Under the pieces are notes generated by a model that was given only the letters and a program-made list of their open reading frames with translations, was not told the DNA's origin and did no database searches. This document shows, in pieces, positions 56,609 through 64,000 of a stretch of 64,000 bases of DNA. This DNA comes from Nitrospirota bacterium (GTDB taxonomy: Bacteria > Nitrospirota > Nitrospiria > Nitrospirales > Nitrospiraceae). The position numbers and the translations under genes are program-made. Positions within the stretch are counted from its first letter, which is position 1. The number at the start of each line of letters is the position of its first letter. Location of the stretch: the NCBI GenBank assembly GCA_046734935.1, contig JBKPSD010000080.1, positions 2,605 to 66,604 of the forward strand, in the 5' to 3' direction.

Positions 56609-57739
56609 GTGCAACCACTTGTGAAGATCGGCCGTATTGCCGGCATTGAAATCGGGATTCATTACACCTGGGTGCTCATCGGGGTCCTGATCACCGGATC
56701 GTTTATCGGCTATCTGTCCGACACCCATCCCTTCTGGCCGTCCAGGACGGTCTGGTCCGCCGCGATCGTCATCAGCGGCCTATTTTTCGCCTCGGTGATA
56801 CTGCACGAGATGGCGCATGCGCTGGTCGCCAGAGCCTTCGGCATACCCGTGCGCACGATCACGCTGTTTGCCCTGGGCGGTGTGACTCGCATTCAAAGAC
56901 AGGCGGCCAATCCGGCTGCGGAATTTTGGATGGGACTCGCCGGGCCGCTAGCCTGCGCTGCCCTGGGGATGGTGTGCGGAGGGCTGGGGGCCTGGTGGGG
57001 ACGCGGCTCGAACATTACGGCCGTCCCGCCTCCGGTCGTCATCCTCGTGTCGCTTAGCTCGTTGAATCTCATGCTGGCCATGTTCAACTTGATCCCCGGC
57101 TTTCCTCTTGATGGCGGCCGGATCCTCAGAGCATTTTTATGGTGGATCGGGGGAGACGAGATCCGCGCGACGCGTCTCTCGTCGCGAGCTGGTCAAGGGG
57201 TCGCACTGATACTGTTCGGGGTTGGGTTGTGGGAATTCCTGTCTGCCGAAAGTCTGAGCGGCATTTGGCTGAGTTTGCTGGGATGGTTTCTGTTGGACGC
57301 CGCGACTGCGAGCTACATTCAGGCAGAGGCGCTAATAGGATTGACGCACATCAAGGTCAGCGACTTGATGTCTCATGAGTGTCTTTCGGTCCAAGCGGAC
57401 CTATCCTTACAGCGGTTCGCGGAGGACTTCGTATTGCCGACGGGACGGCGCTGCTACACCGTCGAAGACCGTGGGACCATCCTCGGAATTGTCACTCCCG
57501 CCGATCTGGCCAAAGTCGACCGGTCGCGTTGGCACGAGACGCCGGTCATAAGCGTGACTCATGTCCTGGACGAACTGCAGTCAGTGTCTCCGGAAACGCC
57601 TGTCGCGGAGGCTCTCCAGACCATGGGACGGGAGGATGTGAATCAACTGCCCGTCATCACAGGCGGACGAATGGAGGGGATGTTGTCGCGAAGTCACATA
57701 CTGCAGGCGCTGCAGACCCGCAGCGAGCTGAATATGTGA
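56609..57739 (+). CDS. M50 site-2 protease with tandem CBS domains
   Basis: LHEMAH, LFALGG, AGP, FNLIPGFPLDGGR, CBS pair (VSDLM...; NQLPV). Confidence 0.92.
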   Translation: MQPLVKIGRIAGIEIGIHYTWVLIGVLITGSFIGYLSDTHPFWPSRTVWSAAIVISGLFFASVILHEMAHALVARAFGIPVRTITLFALGGVTRIQRQAANPAAEFWMGLAGPLACAALGMVCGGLGAWWGRGSNITAVPPPVVILVSLSSLNLMLAMFNLIPGFPLDGGRILRAFLWWIGGDEIRATRLSSRAGQGVALILFGVGLWEFLSAESLSGIWLSLLGWFLLDAATASYIQAEALIGLTHIKVSDLMSHECLSVQADLSLQRFAEDFVLPTGRRCYTVEDRGTILGIVTPADLAKVDRSRWHETPVISVTHVLDELQSVSPETPVAEALQTMGREDVNQLPVITGGRMEGMLSRSHILQALQTRSELNM

Positions 57740-57757
57740 ACGCCACAATGCATTCTA

Positions 57758-57810
57758 ATCTCATAATCCTAAGTCTCAACATCTGAGATGTGAGACTGGA
57801 TCTGACATTT
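57758..57810. repeat. TCTCA-family heptamer inverted repeat
   Basis: GTCTCA-a-CATCT (57773-57784) pairs with AGATGTGAGAC (57786-57796); extra unit ATCTCAT at 57758. Confidence 0.65.
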
Positions 57811-57830
57811 CGAACACAGGAGGTCAAAAG

Positions 57831-58160
57831 ATGAGAACACGAATCTCGATCACGGCGGTCGTATTGCTCGCGGCGGCTGGCTGCGCGGCAGGATCACAGG
57901 TCGGAGACGGTCGAACGGCTTCTACGCAACAAGAGACCGCACGACAATGGACGGAATATCGGACGCAAGCTAGTTCGCTGCGTGAAATGGCCGACCGTCG
58001 GCAGTTGGAGGCGGATCTCCTGGCGCGTGAAGTGGGGCCCGACGATCCCGGTGTCGAAAAGAAGCGCCGCTTGGCCGATGAACTGCGGGCGGCTGCTGTC
58101 GACGCTGAAACTAAAGCCCAGCAGTTAGGCGGGCAGGTGCCGCACGGGATGGTGCAATAA
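57831..58160 (+). CDS. Small helical lipoprotein
   Basis: AGGAGG RBS, lipobox-like LAAAGC, helical-hairpin character. Confidence 0.75.
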   Translation: MRTRISITAVVLLAAAGCAAGSQVGDGRTASTQQETARQWTEYRTQASSLREMADRRQLEADLLAREVGPDDPGVEKKRRLADELRAAAVDAETKAQQLGGQVPHGMVQ

Positions 58161-58219
58161 AATCTGAGATTACATGTGAAACGGCCGACGTTCGGACGTC
58201 TGCCTGAAAAGGAGGATCC

Positions 58220-58588
58220 ATGCCAGCAACCATGATTCACGATCCGGCCGCAGCCAAAACATTTTTCGAATCAAAGATGGCATTTACCACTGGTCCGGTT
58301 GAGCTCGAGCGCATGATAAAGGAAGGCAACGTCAATATTGTGGATGTTCGGGCGGCCGAAGATTATGCGAAAGGCCATATTCCCGGAGCGGTCAATCTGC
58401 CCAAAGACCGCTGGGGAACGCTGCAAGGGTTACGGAAGGATCGCACGAACGTGCTCTACTGCTATTCGATCGTATGCCATCTGGCGGCCGCTGCCGCGTT
58501 GCAATTCGCCGGTCAGGGATTTCCAGTCATGGAACTCGACGGTGGCTGGCGATGGTGGAAGGAAGACGGTTTTGACGTTGAAACGTAA
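58220..58588 (+). CDS. Single-domain rhodanese
   Basis: IVDVR, YAKGHIPGAVNLP, LYCY...C, LDGGW..W. Confidence 0.9.
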   Translation: MPATMIHDPAAAKTFFESKMAFTTGPVELERMIKEGNVNIVDVRAAEDYAKGHIPGAVNLPKDRWGTLQGLRKDRTNVLYCYSIVCHLAAAAALQFAGQGFPVMELDGGWRWWKEDGFDVET

Positions 58589-58615
58589 GCTGAGAACGAC
58601 GACGCGTGCCCGCCA

Positions 58616-60406
58616 TTGATTGCCTATCCCCCAATTCACGATTACGCGCTGGTCGGCGACTGCCGAACCGGCGCTCTCGTCTCCAGCCGCGGGTCGATTG
58701 ACTGGCTTTGCCTCCCACGCTTCGACAGTCCCTCATGCTTTAACCGGTTGCTCGATTGGGATCGCGGCGGGTATTTCGAGGTGTATCCCAGCGGCTTTTG
58801 CCGCAGCAGGCGTTTTTATCAGGGCCCGACGGCGGTCCTCACGACGGAATTTGAGACGGCCGACGGTCGGGCGCAATTGACGGACCTCATGCCCGTGTCC
58901 GCGGACAGCGCAGGAGCCGGTACGAAATTTCCCCTGCGTCAAATTGTGCGATGCATCCAAGGCTTGGAGGGGACGGTCGAATTCTCTGTGGTCATTAAGC
59001 TCCGTCCCGACGACGGGCGAACCATACCGTGCTTTAAACAGCGCGGTTCCGCCGGGTACGCGGCTGATTTCGGGGGACGCATGTTGTTCGTGGCCGCCGG
59101 CTGTCCCCTGGATATTCGGGACGGCACATTGAGCGGACGTGTGCCGGTCCCGCGCGGCGAGACGGTAACGTTGTGGCTGTCGTATGCGGAAGACGCGCCC
59201 GCCCTGTATCCCGACCTCACAGGCGTCGCCGACGCGATCGAGGATACGCGCGCCTATTGGACCGGCTGGACCGAAAGCTGCCGCTACAGCGGTCCCTGGC
59301 GTGATCAGGCATTGAGAAGCGCAATCACGCTCAAGTTGCTCAGCTATGCGCCCTCCGGGGCGATCGTGGCCGCTCCCACGACGTCGCTTCCCGAACGGAT
59401 CGGGGGAGACCTGAATTGGGACTACCGCTATTGCTGGCTGCGGGACGCCTCTTATACAGCCCATGCCTTCTTCAGGCTCGGCTTCGATGCCGAAGCCAGG
59501 GCCTTCACCCAATGGATGACGCATTCGACGACGTTGACCTATCCCGAGTTGCAAGTCATGTATACGGTGCACGGCGAGGCGTCGATTCCGGAGCGGTTAT
59601 GGTCGCTCTTCGAAGGGTATCGACGTTCCGCGCCCGTCCGTTTCGGCAATGCCGCCTCTCAGCAGGAACAACTCGATGTGTACGGCGAGGTCCTTGACTC
59701 GCTGGCGCTCTACGTCGAGGCGGGGTATCCGGTCGACCGGGATACCAAGCGCTGGATCGTTCATGTTGGAGATCTCCTGTGTGCGTCCTGGCCATATCCC
59801 GACCACGGAATTTGGGAAATACGGGGACAACCGCGGCACTACGTCCATTCGAAGGTCATGTGCTGGACCGCATTGGATCGCGTCGAGCGTCTCGCCCGTA
59901 AACTCGGGGTGCGTCCGTCAACGGCTGGGTGGGCGCAGGCCCGTGACGCATTGGTACGCACGGTTCTGAAGTCCGGTTATTCCAAGACCCGTAGGAGTTT
60001 TGTCCAGGTGCTGGGCGGCACACGGCTCGATGCTGCGGCCCTCACGTTCAGCCTCACCGGCTTTATCGACAGCCGGGAGCCTCGCATGACCTCAACGATC
60101 GCGACGATTCAACGATGGTTGACGCGCGGACCGTTGGTATACCGCTATATTGCAGAACAAGAGACCGGCCGGGAGGAGGGCGCATTCCTGCCGTGCAGCT
60201 TCTGGCTGGTGGAAGCGCTGGCGGCCGCCGGACGGATCGAAGAGGCGCAGGATCTACTTGTTCGACTGGCACCCCACGCCAATGACCTCGGGTTGTTTCC
60301 AGAGGAAATACGACATCAGGACGGGGCGTTTCTGGGAAATTTTCCGCTCGCCCTGACGCACGTGGCGCATCTCGGCGCGCTGTTGCGTCTGGCAGGAAAA
60401 GACTAG
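58616..60406 (+). CDS. Glycoside hydrolase family 15 (trehalase/glucoamylase-like)
   Basis: PIHDYALVGDCRT.AL, IDWLCLPRFDS, AAPTTSLPE, NWDYRYCWLRD, QLDVYGE, PDHGIWE, EGAF..CSFW, LGNFP. Confidence 0.92.
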   Translation: MIAYPPIHDYALVGDCRTGALVSSRGSIDWLCLPRFDSPSCFNRLLDWDRGGYFEVYPSGFCRSRRFYQGPTAVLTTEFETADGRAQLTDLMPVSADSAGAGTKFPLRQIVRCIQGLEGTVEFSVVIKLRPDDGRTIPCFKQRGSAGYAADFGGRMLFVAAGCPLDIRDGTLSGRVPVPRGETVTLWLSYAEDAPALYPDLTGVADAIEDTRAYWTGWTESCRYSGPWRDQALRSAITLKLLSYAPSGAIVAAPTTSLPERIGGDLNWDYRYCWLRDASYTAHAFFRLGFDAEARAFTQWMTHSTTLTYPELQVMYTVHGEASIPERLWSLFEGYRRSAPVRFGNAASQQEQLDVYGEVLDSLALYVEAGYPVDRDTKRWIVHVGDLLCASWPYPDHGIWEIRGQPRHYVHSKVMCWTALDRVERLARKLGVRPSTAGWAQARDALVRTVLKSGYSKTRRSFVQVLGGTRLDAAALTFSLTGFIDSREPRMTSTIATIQRWLTRGPLVYRYIAEQETGREEGAFLPCSFWLVEALAAAGRIEEAQDLLVRLAPHANDLGLFPEEIRHQDGAFLGNFPLALTHVAHLGALLRLAGKD

Positions 60407-60422
60407 TCAAGAAACTCCGCCC

Positions 60423-60896
60423 TCAAACGGTGTAAAAGGTCCCCAGAACCGTGCCGTACGCAATATGGGCGATAAGCACCGCAAGCGGCGTGCGATATCC
60501 GTAGTTGAGCGCCATGAAGCCGGGCGGCTCCAACATTTTCGTGGGGCGCGGTCCGGTATGGTCGGAGGCCATGCGGGGATGGACGCCCGGAAGAAACGGC
60601 AACACGGCGACCAGAATAAATGCCGTGTGCGCCATACCCATCAACGCCCCCAGCCACCACGTCGCCGTTCCGAACGCGTGAAAAAAGAACACATACACGC
60701 TCGCCATCCACCAGCCGTTGAAAAAGTGAATGAGGAAGCCGACGATCTTTGCGCGGTCTCGGTCAGGCGTGACCATGGTTCCTAGCAGGAGGGTGGTGTC
60801 CATGCGGGTGAGGTGAAGAGCCTGGCTCGCGCGTAAGAGCGTCGTCAACAGGCCGGTGGCCAGCAATCCCCACAGCAACGTGTCGCCGACGTGCAT
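60423..60896 (-). CDS. Four-TM membrane protein
   Basis: Hydrophobic helices, His residues in TM segments, HPRM and PGF motifs. AAAGGTGG RBS. Confidence 0.75.
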   Translation of the reverse strand: MHVGDTLLWGLLATGLLTTLLRASQALHLTRMDTTLLLGTMVTPDRDRAKIVGFLIHFFNGWWMASVYVFFFHAFGTATWWLGALMGMAHTAFILVAVLPFLPGVHPRMASDHTGPRPTKMLEPPGFMALNYGYRTPLAVLIAHIAYGTVLGTFYTV

Positions 60897-60951
60897 AGAC
60901 CACCTTTCACGGGGCCTGCGTCGGTCAAGCTTCGCTGCGCGAGTCACCCGA

Positions 60952-61010
60952 CCGGTCGCGCCGGCCTGTGGTAGAGTTCGGTTGAACCCTGGTCCACAGG
61001 CGGCGACCGG
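60952..61010. other. Extended imperfect stem-loop between hemerythrin and membrane-protein genes
   Basis: Nested pairs CCGGTCGC/GCGACCGG, GCCTGTGG/CCACAGGC, GTTC/GAAC. Confidence 0.55.
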
Positions 61011-61019
61011 GTTTCGTTC

Positions 61020-61556
61020 TCAGGCGGCTTTCTTTCGACGCGATCCCGACGACTTTTTGCCGCCTTGGTATTTCTGCATCAGTTTGGCTTTGCGTTTGGA
61101 GGCCTCCTCCGCCAAACTCTCCGGCTCGAAGCCGCCTTCCTGAGCCTGCGGGAAGACTTCCCCCTCTTCTTCTTCAATGTGGTGACTCACGAGTTCACCC
61201 AGCACCTTGAACTTGGTTCCGAACGCTTCGTCGCCCGCGTCCATCTTCTGCAGTTCTTTGATGAGCAGCTTGGCGACATGGTGCTCTTCCTTCGCCTCAT
61301 TGATGGTTTCTTCATCGTCGATCACCTCGGCGATGGCAGGGTACACCAGCTGTTCCTCTAAGGCCGCGTGGACTTCCAGGGCGGTCAGGGCTTCTTCCGC
61401 GATCGATGCCCGTGTGCGTTTATCGGCGTCTTCGAACCGGGTGAACAGGTCCTGTACATGGCGGTGATCGGTCTTCAGCATCTCGAAGACGTCTCCCGCA
61501 GCTTCCGTCTCATTCTCGGTTTCGCGTTCTTCGTCGTCGTTTCGGGACTCTCGCAT
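61020..61556 (-). CDS. Hemerythrin/HHE-domain protein 1
   Basis: DHRHV, EVHAALEEQLVYP, EEHH, HHIEEEEGEVFP. AAGGAGG RBS. Confidence 0.9.
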   Translation of the reverse strand: MRESRNDDEERETENETEAAGDVFEMLKTDHRHVQDLFTRFEDADKRTRASIAEEALTALEVHAALEEQLVYPAIAEVIDDEETINEAKEEHHVAKLLIKELQKMDAGDEAFGTKFKVLGELVSHHIEEEEGEVFPQAQEGGFEPESLAEEASKRKAKLMQKYQGGKKSSGSRRKKAA

Positions 61557-61567
61557 TGGTGCCTCCT

Positions 61568-61975
61568 TTAAAGTTCCTCGCGGTCTTCTCGGCGCATGAT
61601 GTTTTCGAATAACTCGAACTGCTCCTGGCACGCCACGCAGCGCCGTGCAAATGGCAATGCCCGCAGCCGCGCGGGGGAAATGGGCGCTTCGCAGTCCTCG
61701 CAGACGCCATACGTGCCTTCATCAAGACGGCGAAGAGCCTCATCCAGCTGAATGCGCTCCTGGGTTCGGGCTTCGAGCAGCGCAATCTGCTGGGCGCCCG
61801 TCGAATCCCGCAGCGACATGTCCTCGACGTCGAGCACCGAGTTGTCGCGAAAATGGGTGTGATTGTCCCGGTGCTGCGCAATGAGATGATCGATCTCGCG
61901 TTGAAGCGTCGATCGCCGTCCGATCAGCAAGGTGCGTAGAACCTCGGGCCGCCTCTCATTTGTCTGGTTTTCCAT
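61568..61975 (-). CDS. TraR/DksA C4 zinc-finger protein
   Basis: Coiled-coil tip DVED, ALRRLDEGTYGVCEDC...RLRALPFARRCVACQ. GGAGGAG RBS. Confidence 0.9.
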   Translation of the reverse strand: MENQTNERRPEVLRTLLIGRRSTLQREIDHLIAQHRDNHTHFRDNSVLDVEDMSLRDSTGAQQIALLEARTQERIQLDEALRRLDEGTYGVCEDCEAPISPARLRALPFARRCVACQEQFELFENIMRREDREEL

Positions 61976-62019
61976 GAATGACTCCTCCGAGTAATGTTCC
62001 GCGACTCGGCATCGGATTT

Positions 62020-62035
62020 TGCAAAAGCAGCGCCA
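62020..62035 (-). promoter_or_regulatory. sigma54 -24/-12 promoter
   Basis: TGGCGCTGCTTTTGCA, with GGACAAGCTGTCG at 62128-62140 upstream. Confidence 0.7.
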
Positions 62036-62379
62036 CGCATCCAACCGAACGCATCGTCACAATTGCCGCGTACTGAAGGAGATTTGCATGGCTCGCGACC
62101 ATTGGGCTGCGCGTGTTGTCTTATCGGGGACAAGCTGTCGAAGTGGCGCGCAGGGTCGGCACAAAAGATAAGGCAGAGGAGCAGCGCTCCTCTGCCTGTG
62201 CCGTCTTCCGTCCAACGCAGTCGCGCGGTGGCGCAGTCATGAATTTGAGAGTGGGCGACTCTCAGGCTCAATGACGAGCGATCCGAAACGGGGGCGCGCC
62301 CGGACCGTTCATGCTCCATCGTGCCGCGTCATTGCCGGAAGACAACGCGAATTTGGGCCTCCTGCCGCTGCGGGTGTCA

Positions 62380-63000
62380 CTATGCCGCGAGCGACGACTG
62401 TGACGTGAGGTCGTCCTTCCGCTGCTGCATCGTCAAGCCGAGCGCCTGTACGTCGAGCTGGGCTGCAGCCAAGGGCAGAATGGCCTCCTCCTCGTCAGTG
62501 ACGTGCTCGATGACGGCATCCTCCAGCTCCATAAACAGATCGCGATAATCGCTGCTTTTCGGATCCAGAGTCTGCAATTGTTGGATCAGCTCCCGGACCG
62601 TGCCGTGACTGTCGTACGCGGCCGCAATGATCTCTGACTCCGTCTCCTCCTCTTCGTCCTCGTCGAGCGCATCCAGTTCGGCGCCGTCGATTTCATCAAA
62701 ATCGGCTTCCTCTTCCGCATCCACCTCGCCGTCATCGGTGACGTCGAGACCGTTGCCCTGCGTTTCGTAGTCGGACGTTCCCAGCTGGGACTGCACCGCC
62801 GGATACAACAGTTCCTCTTCCAATTTCGAATGAATCTCCAACTCGGTGAACAACCGTCTTGCGATGGTTCCTTTCTCGTCATCCGCTGCCGCATGGAATT
62901 GTTCGAACAGCTTTCGCACTTGCTTATGATCGGCCTTTAACAACTGCACAGCATCTTGAGGTTGTGAACTCTTAGCCTTCTTCGGCGTCCGCTTGGCCAT
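62380..63000 (-). CDS. Hemerythrin/HHE-domain protein 2 with acidic insertion
   Basis: ADHKQV, EIHSKLEEELLYP, DSH, EHVTDEEEAILP. AAGGAGG RBS. Confidence 0.85.
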   Translation of the reverse strand: MAKRTPKKAKSSQPQDAVQLLKADHKQVRKLFEQFHAAADDEKGTIARRLFTELEIHSKLEEELLYPAVQSQLGTSDYETQGNGLDVTDDGEVDAEEEADFDEIDGAELDALDEDEEEETESEIIAAAYDSHGTVRELIQQLQTLDPKSSDYRDLFMELEDAVIEHVTDEEEAILPLAAAQLDVQALGLTMQQRKDDLTSQSSLAA

Positions 63001-63045
63001 GATGTCCTCCTTGCCATTCACGAATTGCGCCCTGCGTCGCGGGCG

Positions 63046-63909
63046 TCAGCCGTTGACGACCGTGCCTCCGTTGGGATGCAAGACCTGCCCGGTTGTGTAC
63101 GACGAATCCTGCGACGCCAGAAAGACGTAGCTGGGAGCGACTTCTTCGGGCTGCCCGGCGCGTTTGAGCGGGACGTCGGAACCGAACGTGGCGACTTTAT
63201 CTGGGGGAAATGTGGAGGGGATGAGCGGCGTCCAGATGGGCCCAGGCGCTACGGCATTGACGCGGATGTGCTTGTCGGCCAGCGCCTGGGAAAGCGACCG
63301 TGTGAACGCGACAATCGCGCCCTTGGTCGACGAATAATCAAGCAGCTGGGGACTGCCTTTGTAGGCGGTCACCGAGGTCGTGTTGATGATCGCGCTGCCT
63401 TCCTTGAGGTGTGGCAGCGCCGCCTTTCCCATGTAAAAATAGGAAAAGATATTTGTCCGGAAGGTCCTCTCGAGCTGCTCCGACGTGATCTGCTCGAGGC
63501 TGTCCTGCGGGTGCTGTTCGGCGGCGTTGTTGACGAGAATGTCGAGACGTCCCAATTCACGAACGGTGCGGTCGACCGCCTCGTGGCAGAACGCTTCCTT
63601 CCCAACGTCGCCGGCGAGCAGAATGCAGCGGCGGCCCTGTGCCTCGACCAGACGCTGGGTCTCCTTGGCATCTTCATGCTCATCGAGATACACGATGGCG
63701 ATATCGGCTCCTTCTTTCGCATACGCAACGGCGACCGCCCGTCCAATGCCGCTGTCGCCGCCGGTGATGAGCGCCACCTTGCTTGCGAGCTTGCCTGATC
63801 CTCTCTGCCCGTGGCCCTCACTTTCAGGGCGCGGCGTCATATCCTTTTCCAAACCAGGTTGACGCGATTGTTGCTGCGGAGGTCGCTCTGCTTGTTTTGA
63901 TGGTGACAT
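63046..63909 (-). CDS. SDR oxidoreductase of the general-stress YdaD/YhdF/YghA type
   Basis: QPGLE..M.PRP, ITGGDSGIGRA, NNAAEQ, DYSSTKGA, GQVLHPNGG. Confidence 0.92.
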   Translation of the reverse strand: MSPSKQAERPPQQQSRQPGLEKDMTPRPESEGHGQRGSGKLASKVALITGGDSGIGRAVAVAYAKEGADIAIVYLDEHEDAKETQRLVEAQGRRCILLAGDVGKEAFCHEAVDRTVRELGRLDILVNNAAEQHPQDSLEQITSEQLERTFRTNIFSYFYMGKAALPHLKEGSAIINTTSVTAYKGSPQLLDYSSTKGAIVAFTRSLSQALADKHIRVNAVAPGPIWTPLIPSTFPPDKVATFGSDVPLKRAGQPEEVAPSYVFLASQDSSYTTGQVLHPNGGTVVNG

Positions 63910-63968
63910 TCGCTCCTCGTTCTCGTTCAGGGAATTGGCCCGACACCCCAATCTGTGGAGAAGGCCGG

Positions 63969-63984
63969 TGCAAGAGACAGACCC
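63969..63984 (-). promoter_or_regulatory. Possible sigma54 promoter for the SDR-hemerythrin transcript
   Basis: GGGTCTGTCTCTTGCA. Confidence 0.4.
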
Positions 63985-64000
63985 GCCTGACCGCCGTTGG

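Overview
A GC-rich bacterial chromosome segment. Gene style suggests Nitrospira, but that is inference only. I call 54 CDS and see no rRNA, tRNA, CRISPR array or transposase. Layout: (1) 1-4145: LigD polymerase-domain tail, transaldolase, GAPDH and a GT4. (2) 4508-34273: a ~30 kb co-directional Wzx/Wzy-type exopolysaccharide operon headed by a NusG-paralog antiterminator. It encodes an outer-membrane beta-barrel plus short OPX, split Wzc, priming transferase, four glycosyltransferases, three CelD/BcsL-type GNATs (one fused to a hexapeptide acetyltransferase), a DegT-like PLP enzyme, a deacetylase, two AsnB amidotransferases, a heparinase II/III-like protein, AlgD and a beta-helix protein. (3) 34277-43550: secreted or lipoprotein enzymes (two paralogous putative beta-propellers, one DMFase-beta-like), two orphan response regulators, a stand-alone Cys4 protein and a methyltransferase. 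(4) 43739-49820: CzcCBA-type efflux preceded by a small secreted ORF ending FRPP. (5) 50237-63909: a general-stress island including a metallophosphoesterase + nucleotidyltransferase pair. The most unusual signals are non-coding or terminal: three recurring operator motifs (sigma54 promoters with GGACA-N3-TGTCC upstream sites, TAGG-N6-CCTA boxes, 11-bp-phased GTAAA arrays), dispersed heptamer hairpins after stop codons, nine proteins ending in Ala-Ala, and a candidate arrest-peptide leader. All family calls come from motif recognition by eye; no database search was run.
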